The notes beneath the pieces are model-generated. The model saw only the letters and a program-made list of their open reading frames with translations, was not told where the DNA came from and ran no database searches. From an uncultured delta proteobacterium (lineage in GTDB: Bacteria; Myxococcota_A; Polyangia; Polyangiales; B10-G4), in NCBI GenBank assembly GCA_963727445.1, contig CAVSGI010000009.1, positions 480,001 through 544,000 on the forward strand: DNA of 64,000 bases, in the 5' to 3' direction. A program made the position numbers and the translations under genes. Numbering within the stretch: the stretch's first letter is position 1; each line of letters begins with the position of its first letter. Below, one piece after another: positions 24,544 through 34,673 of this stretch.

Positions 24544-27159
24544 TCAGGGCATGAGGAAGACGGGGTTCGACACCACGAAGCCGCGATGGCCTTCCGTGTC
24601 GTAGGTCTCGCTCCCGGAGGCGTGGAAGACCACCCAGGAGCCGCTCGCGGCGACGTCCACCTCGATGGTCGCCCGGGCCCGCTCGACCGCATCGATCGCG
24701 TCCGAGGGCAGGACGTCCATCATCTCCCGCGTCTCGCCATCGACGATGACCTCGAGGCGATCGACCGTCACGTGAGGCGCCGCGAAGAGTCGAACCTCGA
24801 AGCTCGCCCGACTGCCCACCCCGGTCGCCGTGTCGCCCGGCCCCGACGCGTCGGGACCCTCCACCGTCATGTAGATGCCCCCGCTGATGGTGGAGTGACC
24901 CGCCTCCGTGGTGTCCCGCACCATCTGTGGCGTCAGCGTCGCGGGGTCGTCGGTTCCGATCGCGAGGCAGGTGCGCGGCCATCCCGCGGGCTTGCTGCGG
25001 ATGTCGTGACTGTCCGAGCTGCCGACGGCGAAGATGCGGCGGCCCTGGTTCAGGAGCGAGAACCAGTCGACCGCGACCGTGTCGCGGATCGCTTCGAAGT
25101 CGTCGGAGTTGAAGACCTCGACGATGGTGAACTCCTCGTCCCAGAGCTCGGGGTGCGTGACCATCCCGGTGAGCGGGTCGTAGCCCGCCTCGGTGAAGTA
25201 GGCCTGACGGATACCACCCGCGCGCGGGTGGTTGATGATGAGCGCGGGGGCTTCGGGACGTGCGCGCACCTCGTCGAAGACCACGGGCGCGTCTTTGTCG
25301 TACCAGAAGAAGGCCCCGCCGCTGGGCTGGCTTCGATCGGCGACGAGAGGAAAGACGCCGAAATGCCCCCAGGTGAAGGTGGTCAGCTCGATCCCGGTCA
25401 GGCCGCGCGCGAACGCGCCGAGCCCCAGGTCGTCGATCACCGGCTGGAAGTCGTTGACCCATTCGTGGTCACTGCGGATGGCGATCTCGAGGCCGTCGCC
25501 GACGAGGGAAGCGATCTTCAGCGAGCCCGCGTCGGGCGAGTCGATCGAGCGCGACGTGTGGATGTGGTAGTCGGCGCAGAGGACGCCCGGCGTGGGAACG
25601 ACCCGCGTGAGATCGACGGTGCGCGCCGTCTCGGCGTCGGCGACGATGGTCACCTCGAGCTCGGCCCGCTCGTACTCCGGGCCGCGCGTGACCCAGATGC
25701 GGTAATCACCGGGGAGCAGCTGCGCCGTCGCTTCGCCGTCGGTGGGATGGAAGAGGAAGAGGCGCCCGCGTTCGGCCGGCCGCTCGCCCAAGGACTCCGG
25801 GTAGGTGTCCGGATCGCCGCTCGAGGGGAAGACCTCGATGCGCGAGGGGAGCGGTGTGCCGTCGCCAGCATCCTGCACGGTCACGCGCAGCTGGCCCACC
25901 GCCGGCATGGTCACGTCCACGCTGTCGCCGCTCGCGGGGATCGGACCGACCAGCGGCTGACCTTCACGATAGGCGTAGAGCCGTGCGGCCCGGGCGTCGA
26001 CTTCGATCGAGAAGGTGCCGTCCTCCGCCGGCCAGAAGCGCGTGAGGTGTTCGTCGTCGGCCGTGGTCAGGTGCAGCCGGACGTCGCTCGCTGGTGAGCC
26101 GTCGGCGTTCATCACGGAGCCGGAGATGGCACGGGTGGTCGTCCCCTCGAGCGATGCGAGGGTGCGCTGGAGCCCTTCGAGGCCGGGTCCGCCCGCCACC
26201 AGCTCGCCGAGGGGGAGCGTGCCTTCGGCGCACGGGTCGAGCATCAGCGCGCCGGTGGAGAGCAGATCGACGCCGTTGGTGGCGAAGAGCGGCTCGAGGT
26301 CCACGCCGTCCGGGCCGCGCCAGGCGAAGCTCGTCCCGCGTGGATCGTCGAAAGCCACGTAGCTGGTGGGCATGGTCGAGGTCTCGAAGCCGTGGCCCGG
26401 ACGCCAGGGCGCCGTGCGGTTGCCCTGCATGAAGACGGTGAGCGCCCCCAGCGTCGACCGAAGGCCGCGCGCAGGCGCGCGGACGTGCAGCGTAGCGGAG
26501 AGGAGGTCTCGGTCGGGGTCGAGGGAGAAGTCGACGGCCGCCGGCAGGCCCGCGTAGTCGCCGGGGACCAAGATGTCGAGGAGGTCCGCGAGGGCGCGAA
26601 TGGGGACCAGGTGTCCGATCGCGCGCACCACCGCCGCGCCTCCGTCGCTTCCATCGGAGAGCACCGCCACCTCTTCGGTGCCCAGCGCGAAGCGCCCGAG
26701 GGCCTGCATCATCAGGTTGTAGTCGCCGAGCTCGATGAAGGCCCCGTCGCTCACGCGGCCCAGCGCGACCACGCGGCCGCCGTAGGGGTCGTAGACCTGC
26801 CCTGGGTTGTCGGTGGAGGAGATGACGTAGGCGACGCGTCCGTTGCTGACGACGAAGTCGCCTTCGCGAAAGTCGAGGAGGCCGCTCGGGTCGTCCGGGA
26901 GGTCGGCGGCGCTCAGGCGTCCCGCGCGCGCCGTGCCGGCCGGGGCGGCCAGGGGATCGGTTACACCATCCGAGGCGGTGAGCTCGTAGTCGCCGAGGGG
27001 ATCGCAGGCGGGGCCGCTGTCGATGGTGCTGTCGGTCGCGTCGCCGGAGCCGTCCGTCGGCGCTGCGTCGCCGGGCGTGGAGTCGCCACAGCTCGTCGCT
27101 GCGAGAAGGACAGAGAGGAAGAAGGGAAGTGAGAGCAGGGTCCAGCGCGCGGTCATCAT
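24544..27159 (-). CDS. CehA/McbA-type PHP metallohydrolase lipoprotein
   Basis: Lipobox ATSC; RGPEY, DYHIH, SDHE, GIEL, HFG, INHPR and SSDSH motifs. Confidence 0.85.
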   Translation of the reverse strand: MMTARWTLLSLPFFLSVLLAATSCGDSTPGDAAPTDGSGDATDSTIDSGPACDPLGDYELTASDGVTDPLAAPAGTARAGRLSAADLPDDPSGLLDFREGDFVVSNGRVAYVISSTDNPGQVYDPYGGRVVALGRVSDGAFIELGDYNLMMQALGRFALGTEEVAVLSDGSDGGAAVVRAIGHLVPIRALADLLDILVPGDYAGLPAAVDFSLDPDRDLLSATLHVRAPARGLRSTLGALTVFMQGNRTAPWRPGHGFETSTMPTSYVAFDDPRGTSFAWRGPDGVDLEPLFATNGVDLLSTGALMLDPCAEGTLPLGELVAGGPGLEGLQRTLASLEGTTTRAISGSVMNADGSPASDVRLHLTTADDEHLTRFWPAEDGTFSIEVDARAARLYAYREGQPLVGPIPASGDSVDVTMPAVGQLRVTVQDAGDGTPLPSRIEVFPSSGDPDTYPESLGERPAERGRLFLFHPTDGEATAQLLPGDYRIWVTRGPEYERAELEVTIVADAETARTVDLTRVVPTPGVLCADYHIHTSRSIDSPDAGSLKIASLVGDGLEIAIRSDHEWVNDFQPVIDDLGLGAFARGLTGIELTTFTWGHFGVFPLVADRSQPSGGAFFWYDKDAPVVFDEVRARPEAPALIINHPRAGGIRQAYFTEAGYDPLTGMVTHPELWDEEFTIVEVFNSDDFEAIRDTVAVDWFSLLNQGRRIFAVGSSDSHDIRSKPAGWPRTCLAIGTDDPATLTPQMVRDTTEAGHSTISGGIYMTVEGPDASGPGDTATGVGSRASFEVRLFAAPHVTVDRLEVIVDGETREMMDVLPSDAIDAVERARATIEVDVAASGSWVVFHASGSETYDTEGHRGFVVSNPVFLMP

Positions 27160-27181
27160 GGACCTCCAGTGTGACAGCAGC

Positions 27182-28860
27182 TTACTCGACGTACCCCAGC
27201 GCACGCAGGCGCGCCACCACCGCGTGCGCCCGATGGGCGGGGATCTCGGGCCGAGGGGCCTCGGGCAGCGCGCGGGGTGCCATGGCCTCGGTCTCGGCGA
27301 GGATCTCCCAGAGCACGCGGCCCGCGGCCTCGGGCGGGACCCGTACGTCCATTCGGGCGAGCAGCGTGGCGGTGGCGTCGGCGATCTTCGCTTCGACCTC
27401 GCCGGTGGCGGCGACGGTGGGACCAGCGGCGACGAAGAGGCCGCGCGGGCGGTGGCTGCCCGGGAGGCTGCGGCCCTTGCGGCCCAGATACTCGTCGGGA
27501 GGGAGACGGCCGAAGGCGGGGCCGCCGCCGCGGCTCGGCATCAGGTTCCAGGTGTGGCCGGTCTCGGTGGGCGCGAAGGTCAGCAGCAGGTCCGGCGCTC
27601 GTCCGACGTGCGGTCCTTCGAAGAGCGCCTCGCGCGGTGTGACCTCGGCGATCACTTCGCGCCCCGTGACCGGGTCGCGGAGCGAACGGAGCGCGTCGCT
27701 CACGCGGCGCCGTGTGGCGTCGAGCGCCTCCGGGTCGATCGTTCCGGCGGGGTCGCGCCCGCGGACGTTGAGCCAGACGGCCGGGAAGTAGTTGAGCTCG
27801 TCGCTGAAAGCGGGGGTGCGCCCCAAGTCGATCGCGCCGAAGCGGGCGCGCGACTCGATCAGGCTGGGCAGGAGCATCCCCGCGGCGCGAAAGGCGCGGT
27901 CCCTGAGCTTCGGTGAAAGAAGGCGCAGCGCGGCGTCTTTCGCGAGGCGCGCCGCGCCAACGCTCGGGCGGCGCTCGCGGAAGCTCAGCAGCCCGAGCTC
28001 GGCGAGGGCGCGGTTGAGGTGGAGCACGCGATCGGAGGACGCGCCCGAGCCGTGATCGCTGAGGATGCGTCACCTCGACCCCCTCTCCCGCCTCCGCGAT
28101 CGAGATTGGCCGACGGCCGCGTCGAGCGATGCGTACACGCGCGCCAGCCCGTCGGCGTCGCGCGGCGACACGCGGGCGGGTCGCCGGCGGGGAGCGCTCG
28201 TCGTGAAGGCTCGCGAGGTAATGCGACGCGGTGTCGCTCTCGCCGAAGTAGACCGTGAAGAGGTCCCAGGCTCGGTCCCGGAGCAGCCAGCGCGACAGCT
28301 CCGTTTTCTTTTCGACGCGCGCGGCCAACGCCTCCGGCAGACGCGCGTGCCAGCCGGGCGCATCGGCGGCGAACTCGTCGACGTCGTCGAAGGGCAGGGT
28401 GCCGAAGCGCGCGGAGGATCGCGTCGTGGAGCGCTGGGGGCCAGCAGAAGCTCCGGTCGGCTTCGAACGCGACCGGGGCGTCCCAGCCGCTGATGAAGAC
28501 GCCGCGCGCGAAGACGCTCGGGGGGCCAGGTCGCGGGAAAGGAGACGCAGCCGACGGCGAGGCCCAGGGCGTCGAGGCGTGCGGCGATGGTGGGGGTCTC
28601 GCGGACGGTGCCGGCGGTGAAGCGCACCGCGTAGCCGTGGCGGGTGGTGAAGTCGAAGACGCCGTGTACGCCCGGGTCGACGCCGGTGAGGAAGGTCGTC
28701 CAGTTCGGGAGCGTCGCGGGGGGCTGCACGCTCTCGAGATGGGCCTACGCGCCGCGCCCCATCGAGCGCGATGAGGTTCGGGAGCCGATCCGCGCCGAGG
28801 GCGCGCGACGACGTCGAGGTCGGCGCCGTCGAGGCCGATGACGAGGTGGCGGCAGGTCAC
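27182..28860 (-). CDS. Alkaline phosphatase superfamily / type I phosphodiesterase-NPP protein, multiply frameshifted
   Basis: Pieces in different frames: LVIGLDGAD, PPATLPNWTTFLTGVDPGVHG, FISGWDAP, YFGESDTASH, SDHG, GSHRPRG, RLRALGYVE. Confidence 0.75.
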
Positions 28861-28954
28861 GAAGCACCTTCTTGCCGTCTCGATGGCGCGGGCGCCACCA
28901 ATAAACGGTTGTCATGCCGTGCTGTCGCGTCTATCTGGTCGCTTGGGAGGTCCG

Positions 28955-29389
28955 ATGATGAAGCGCATTCTGGTGCCGGTGGATGGTTCAAAGGGATCGA
29001 AGCAGGCAGCGGCCTTCGCGGCGCAGCTCTGCAAGGACAGCGGTGCCACCCTCGAGCTCTTCTTCGCGTACGACGCCCCGACGGCGTCGGTGATGGGACT
29101 CGAAGCGTCGACCGATCTCAAGACGGTGAAGGAACAGGTGGCCAGAGGGAGCTTCGAGGCTGCGATCGCCGCCGTGGTGGAAGCGGTCGGACGCGACGTG
29201 GTGCCCATCGCGGAGCAGGTCACCATCGGCCACCCGGCCCAGGAGATCTGCGCCTACGCCAAGGAGCAGGGTCACGACCTCATCGTCATGGGCAGCCGCG
29301 GCCGCAGCGAAGTGCAGGAGCTCTTCCTCGGCAGCGTGAGCCAGGCGGTGCTCCACCACGCGACGTGCCCGGTGATGGTGGTTCGCTAG
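28955..29389 (+). CDS. Universal stress protein
   Basis: KRILVPVDGS; DLIVMGSRG...LGSVS...CPVMVV; GGAGG RBS. Confidence 0.92.
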   Translation: MMKRILVPVDGSKGSKQAAAFAAQLCKDSGATLELFFAYDAPTASVMGLEASTDLKTVKEQVARGSFEAAIAAVVEAVGRDVVPIAEQVTIGHPAQEICAYAKEQGHDLIVMGSRGRSEVQELFLGSVSQAVLHHATCPVMVVR

Positions 29390-29447
29390 CAGGTTGTCCG
29401 CAACCTGCTCCCGTGCCCGTGCCCGACGCTGAGGTGGTTCGGGCGGC

Positions 29448-29726
29448 TCAGAACGCGCCGGAGCGTTGGGCCGCCCAGGCGACCAAGAGGGCGCCGAGCC
29501 AGGTCAGGAGCAGGATGAGCGAGATGCCGGCTGGGCGCCCCGCCCGGCGCACGTCGCGGACGACGAGCCAGAGGGTGCCCGCGCCGAGGATCGCGAGGGC
29601 GGCGATGCCCGGAGGTGACGCCTCGCGATAGGCGCCGAGGAGCGCGACCGCCGCGAGAAGCGAAGCGTGCCCGAAGACCGCGAAGCCCACCGGCCAGAGC
29701 GCGGCGTTCTTCACGAAGGGCATCAT
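29448..29726 (-). CDS. Small hypothetical membrane protein (about 3 TM)
   Basis: Three hydrophobic segments; start uncertain. Confidence 0.5.
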   Translation of the reverse strand: MMPFVKNAALWPVGFAVFGHASLLAAVALLGAYREASPPGIAALAILGAGTLWLVVRDVRRAGRPAGISLILLLTWLGALLVAWAAQRSGAF

Positions 29727-29905
29727 CAGTTGTTCGATTCTTGAGGAGCGAAGGCTCTTCGGCGGTCTCGGCTTCGGCCACGAAGCGAGGTGTAGCACGC
29801 ACCCGGACGGAGCGTGGAACCGGCCTCGCGACCGCTCGGGACGAGGCCGCGACCGCTCGGGCGAGCGGGCGGCGAAACGGCGCCTTCGCCGGGGTAGAAC
29901 GAGGC

Positions 29906-30556
29906 ATGAGCGCCGCCACGCCAACGACCACTCTCTTCCTCACACCCACCCAGGCCCGCCTCCGCGTGGTCTTCCGATTTTGGGGTTACCTCGCGCCCCA
30001 CGTCCTTCTGGCGCCGGCGCTCTGCTTCGGTGTCACCTTTCTTCACGAGATGGCGCACGTGGGCGCCGCGCTCTCGTTGGGCGGGGTGGTCACCGACTTC
30101 TCGTGGCTCCCCGGGCCAGCGAACCTCGGTCACATGCAATGGGAAGCGCCGGGAGGGGCCGACGCCTTCGACCACGCGCTGGTCAGCGTCGCGCCCTACC
30201 TCATGTGGTCCGTCTTCGCCCTGGCGGTGATGCTCCTCTCCTTCGTCCCCAATCGCTTCCACTGGTCGGTGGCCTCCACGCTCTTCGTCTGGGGGTACGC
30301 CGTGCCCATCGGCGACATCGCGGGAAATCTCTCCGCGGGCAGGGGTGACCTCGCCGCCCCCGGCCTCGAAGGACTGCTCGTCACGGCGGCTGGCTCGGTG
30401 GCGGTGCTCATCGCCTGGGGACTCGGGTGGCTCGTGCAGCGGCGGCTCTTTCCCGACGCCAAGCTGGGTGCGCTCGGCTACCTCGCCACCACGGTGGTGA
30501 TGGGCGGCGCATGGGGCATCGCGGCGGCGAGCGGTCTCGTCGCCGTGACGATCTGA
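29906..30556 (+). CDS. M50-like membrane metallopeptidase
   Basis: HEMAH within a TM helix, SVAPY, GD motif, several TMs. Confidence 0.7.
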   Translation: MSAATPTTTLFLTPTQARLRVVFRFWGYLAPHVLLAPALCFGVTFLHEMAHVGAALSLGGVVTDFSWLPGPANLGHMQWEAPGGADAFDHALVSVAPYLMWSVFALAVMLLSFVPNRFHWSVASTLFVWGYAVPIGDIAGNLSAGRGDLAAPGLEGLLVTAAGSVAVLIAWGLGWLVQRRLFPDAKLGALGYLATTVVMGGAWGIAAASGLVAVTI

Positions 30557-30641
30557 GCGCCAAAAATGGACTTGTCAGCGAAAGAGCGGCGCCTAGCACC
30601 ATTTGTATGACACCGAACGAGTTTCTCATGGGAGGCGCTGC

Positions 30642-30992
30642 GTGACGCTTCCCAAGCCGTATGAGGTCGAGACGGGCGAGCTCTCCGCGCCGCCACCCGA
30701 GCACCACCCCCTCCTGCTCGGCCCCTTGGTGCGAAGTTGTGTCGTCCCCGAAGACGGCGCGGTCGTGATCGCTGGGGCGACGGCACGCATCGCCGACGAC
30801 GAGGCCCCCGAGCTCGTGGCGTCGAGGCTGCGCCTCACGCTCCTCGACAGATTCCTCGAGCGCGCGCCCAACGCGGACGCCGACACCTGGCAGCTCTTCC
30901 TGACGCGGGCGGCCGAGGTCGTCCGTTCGAACGAGCCTGTGGTGGGGGACGAGCTCTCGAGGCTGCTGACCCAGACCATCGACGGCCTCTGA
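30642..30992 (+). CDS. Hypothetical protein
   Basis: GGAGG RBS before GTG; fills the gap between genes; ordinary amino-acid composition. Confidence 0.6.
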   Translation: MTLPKPYEVETGELSAPPPEHHPLLLGPLVRSCVVPEDGAVVIAGATARIADDEAPELVASRLRLTLLDRFLERAPNADADTWQLFLTRAAEVVRSNEPVVGDELSRLLTQTIDGL

Positions 30993-31000
30993 GCTGCGCC

Positions 31001-32926
31001 TCAGTGGTGGGTGGTGAGGAGCTCCGAGAGGCGCTCGAGGTCGAGGGGCTTGACGAGGAGCTCGTCGAAGCCCGCCCGGACAGCATCCCGCCGGTCCTGG
31101 TCCTGACCGTAGCCGGTCAGCGCGACGATCAGCATGTCGTCGCCACCCTCCATGTCGCGCACCTCTCGTGCGACGTCGAAGCCGGACATTCGTCCGAGGT
31201 CCAGGTCCAACAGGAGCACCTCCGGATGATGTGCGGCGACCTTTTCGAGGGCGCCACGCCCATCGAACGCGGTGTCCACGTGGTGACCGCGCTGGGCGAG
31301 CAGGAGGGCGACGGTTTCCGCCGAGTCGACGTTGTCGTCCACCACCAGGATGCGCCTCGAGGACGATGATTTCACGGGATGGGGTACCTTTCCGCTCTCC
31401 AGAGCGTCATCGACCAGGCGCGGCACGCGCACGGTGAAGGTGCTGCCCGCGCCTGGACCGGCGCTTTCGGCCGTCACGCTTCCGTCGTGGAGCTCCACGA
31501 GCTGCTTGACGAGCGGAAGCCCCAGCCCGAGGCCGCCCGAGCCTCCGCTGGAGCGTCGCTCACCCTGCGCGAAGGGGGTGAAGAGCTCGGAGAGAATCTC
31601 GTGCTCGAAGCCGACGCCGTCGTCGCGGACGGAGACCTTCACGTCGTCTCCATCCGGCTCGACGGTCACGCTGATGTGGCCTTCGCTCGGCGTGTACTTC
31701 GCCGCGTTGGTCAGGAGGTTCGCGATGGCCTGACCGAGGCGTGCGCGATCCCCTTCGATCCACAGTGGGTCGGGCGAGAGCTGGCATTCGAGCTTGTGAC
31801 CCCGTGACTCGATCAGCGGGCGAACCATCTCGATCGCGCGCAGCGTCACGTCTCGGGCCCGGATGCGTTCCTTGTAGAGGGTGAGCTTGCCGCGACTGAT
31901 CCGCGCCAGATCCATCAGGTCGTCGACGAGGCAGCAGATCTGCTCCACCTGACGGGACAGCACGTCGGTCGCGTGCCTGAGCGACGGAGGCAGCTTCGAC
32001 CGGTCGCGCCGGAAGAGCTCCACTGCGGCGTCGATGGGTGCGAGCGGGTTGCGGAGCTCGTGACCCAGGAGCGCGAGGAACGCGTCCTTTCGCTTCTCCG
32101 CGATCTCGAGCTCGGTGGACTTGCGGCGCAGTCGACCCTCGACCCGCTTGTAGCGCCCGATGTCGCGAGCGATGGTGCAGGCGCCGATCACGCCGCCATG
32201 GCTGTCCGTGAGCGGGACGACGGAGATGGACACGTCGACCAGGTCGCCGTTTCGGTGTCTCCGCGTGGTGTCGAGATTCTCGATGCGCATCCCGCGACGA
32301 ACCTGATCGAGGAGCTGCGCCTTTTCTCCCACTCGCTCCGGTGGAAGGATGATCGAGGTCGCGCCCCCCACCACGTCGCGCGCCTCGTAGCCATAGAGCG
32401 AGCGCGCGCCCGCGTTCCAATGGGTGATGGTGCCGTCCAGGGTCTCGGCGACGATGGCGTCCGGGCTGGCGTCGACCATCGCCGCGAGGCGGGCGTGCTC
32501 CATCTCCGCCTGCCCGCGTGCCTCGGCGTCGATCGCGGCGCGCAGCGTGCCGGTGACATCACTGACCACCATGGCCAAACCGCCGCCATCCGCCGGCGCG
32601 ACCCAGCAGAGGAAGAAGCGCTCGTGCTTCAGGGAGAACCCCTCGAAGCGCAGCGGCGTGGCCGTGTCCCGGCCCTCCTGCATCCTCGCCTCGAAGATGG
32701 TCCCTTGCCATTCGGGCAACAGACCCCAGATGGTGCAGCCTTGAATGTCGGGCTCCGAGTCGTCCAGCAGGATGCACGCCGCCTTGTTCGCGTAGGTGAC
32801 GCGCCATTGCTGATCGAGAACGAGGTACGCGTCGGGAACCTCCTCGAGCAATCCGCCTAAGACGTGAGCATCACCCACCCCGGCTCCCGTAGTTGCGCGA
32901 CGAGCGCCTGCAACCCCCTCACCCAC
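31001..32926 (-). CDS. Cytoplasmic hybrid histidine kinase (PAS-PAS-HisKA-HATPase-REC)
   Basis: GHELRNPL, NLLTNAAKYT, DDGVG, GLGLGL; C-terminal ILVVDD...LLD...KP. Confidence 0.93.
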   Translation of the reverse strand: MGEGVAGARRATTGAGVGDAHVLGGLLEEVPDAYLVLDQQWRVTYANKAACILLDDSEPDIQGCTIWGLLPEWQGTIFEARMQEGRDTATPLRFEGFSLKHERFFLCWVAPADGGGLAMVVSDVTGTLRAAIDAEARGQAEMEHARLAAMVDASPDAIVAETLDGTITHWNAGARSLYGYEARDVVGGATSIILPPERVGEKAQLLDQVRRGMRIENLDTTRRHRNGDLVDVSISVVPLTDSHGGVIGACTIARDIGRYKRVEGRLRRKSTELEIAEKRKDAFLALLGHELRNPLAPIDAAVELFRRDRSKLPPSLRHATDVLSRQVEQICCLVDDLMDLARISRGKLTLYKERIRARDVTLRAIEMVRPLIESRGHKLECQLSPDPLWIEGDRARLGQAIANLLTNAAKYTPSEGHISVTVEPDGDDVKVSVRDDGVGFEHEILSELFTPFAQGERRSSGGSGGLGLGLPLVKQLVELHDGSVTAESAGPGAGSTFTVRVPRLVDDALESGKVPHPVKSSSSRRILVVDDNVDSAETVALLLAQRGHHVDTAFDGRGALEKVAAHHPEVLLLDLDLGRMSGFDVAREVRDMEGGDDMLIVALTGYGQDQDRRDAVRAGFDELLVKPLDLERLSELLTTHH

Positions 32927-33638
32927 GCCGTGGGACTCGGGTTGCGGCGTTGATCGGCAGCTCGGTGATCAACGGATCGATACGATCCTCTGCGCCCCGA
33001 ATGCACATGCGCATGTAGAGCTCACCCGTCCGCACTTGCGGGTGCTCGCCGCTCCCCTCGAGCTCCAGGGACGCGGGATGATCCATGGCGTCAGCGGGCT
33101 GCTGCGCCGCTCCCGCGAGGAAGCGACGCCCGAGCTCGTCCGAGTCCGGTGGATCGTCCTGCTCGCGCGCATAGGGCTCCTCCATGGATGGTGCCCCGGC
33201 GAAGAACGCCGAGTACTCCGAACGGCCCGCCAGCTCCTCCGCTTCGGGGCCCTCGGCCCAGTCGAGGGCGAGGGGTGCCGAGTGATCCTCCCCGTCCACA
33301 CGCCGGCCGAGCTTCGGGCTCCAGGTGCGCTCGCTTTCGGGGGGGAGAACGACGAACTCCTCCATGTCGATCACCGATTGCATCTTGGCCCGTGCCCACC
33401 AGGCGGCGTAGGACGCGAAAGAAGCCGCAGTCGGGTCGAAATATTTCGCGGCGAGGATCACGCCGAGAAGTCCGGCCTGGATCAGGTCGGCGACCTCGAC
33501 GCCAGGACGTTCGAGCTGCTCGGCCATGGCCACGATCCAGGGGCGGTGGCTGAGGAGCGTCTCGTCCGAGGACCGGACAGAGAGCGACGTTCGAGCTGAA
33601 TCCTGCTCGGTCGTCGCGCCTCGGACGTGTTCCAACAT
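32919..33638 (-). CDS. Sigma70-like protein with region 2 only
   Basis: DLIQAGLLGVILAAKYFDP...FASYAAWW; no recognisable region 4 HTH. Confidence 0.65.
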   Translation of the reverse strand: MLEHVRGATTEQDSARTSLSVRSSDETLLSHRPWIVAMAEQLERPGVEVADLIQAGLLGVILAAKYFDPTAASFASYAAWWARAKMQSVIDMEEFVVLPPESERTWSPKLGRRVDGEDHSAPLALDWAEGPEAEELAGRSEYSAFFAGAPSMEEPYAREQDDPPDSDELGRRFLAGAAQQPADAMDHPASLELEGSGEHPQVRTGELYMRMCIRGAEDRIDPLITELPINAATRVPRRG

Positions 33639-33793
33639 GGCATCGCCTCTCGTGGGTTCGCATGACCCGTAGGCTCCACGGACGTTCGCACAAGCCCCAT
33701 CGAGGGTCAGGTGCGCGGGGCGATCCGCCCCGATCGTGACGAAGCGCCACTGTCGGTCAGGCACGACGGGGCATCCGACACGTGTTGCGAAGT

Positions 33794-33809
33794 AGGTATG
33801 CAACTTGCG
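33794..33809 (+). promoter_or_regulatory. Putative sigma54 promoter for the sigma factor gene
   Basis: AGGTATGCAACTTGCG (GG-N10-GC), ending 13 nt before ATG 33823. Confidence 0.45.
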
Positions 33810-33822
33810 AGCGCCCGCCGTC

Positions 33823-34630
33823 ATGACCCACGATGAAACCGAACAACTCCTCACCAGGAAGAAAGAGCGCGAGCTCCTCGGGCGTGCTGCCACGGGCGAA
33901 CAATCGGCCGTCAGGCAGGTCATAGACGATACGACGCCCATGGTTCGCGCAATCGCCAGACGCCTCGCGCGCAGCGCCGACCAGTTCGACGACCTGCTGC
34001 ACGAGGGGATGCTCGGGGTGCTCCATGCCCTGACCCGCTTCGAATCCCAGTCGGGAGACGCGGTTCACGACCTACGCGCGCTACTGGGTCCGCTATTATG
34101 TACAGCGTGCCGCCCGGCGCAGCCGGCGCATCACCACCTTGCCGCGTACGCGAAAGATGGTGAAGGCGCGGCACGGGGTGCGGCGCGTGCGAAAGGCGCT
34201 CGAACAGGCCCAGGGTGGCCCCGTCGCGGCCGAGGACATCGCCGAGGCTCTCGGGGTGAGCGTCGACGACGTGATCCACGTCGAGCAAGAGCGTGTGGGC
34301 ACCGACATCTCCCTCGATGGCGCGTCGCAGGGCGATGGCGCACCCATGGAGATGCGAAGCTCGCGCATGAATCCCGAAGACCTGGCCATCGAGAGGGGCA
34401 TGCGACGCGAGCAGCGCCTCGTGGCCAATCGTTGCATGAACGTGCTGAACCCGCGCGAGCGCTTCATCGTCGAGGAGCACATCCTCGGGCAGGACCGGCG
34501 CACCCTTCGCGAGATCGGCGCGGACCTCGGGATCTCGAGAGAGCGCGTCCGGCAGCTCGAGCAGCGCGCCCTGACGCGCATGCGCGAAGAGATGAGCGGA
34601 GTCCCCGTCCGCGCCCTCCTCGCCTCCTGA
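33823..34630 (+). CDS. RpoH/RpoD-like alternative sigma70 factor, frameshifted near 34057
   Basis: DDLLHEGMLG..ALTRF | TRFTTYARYW; region 4 LNPRERFI...TLREIGADLGISRERVRQLE. Confidence 0.85.
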
Positions 34631-34673
34631 CGGGGACGGTCTACACTTTTCAACTTTCGCCCTTCCCTTCCCC

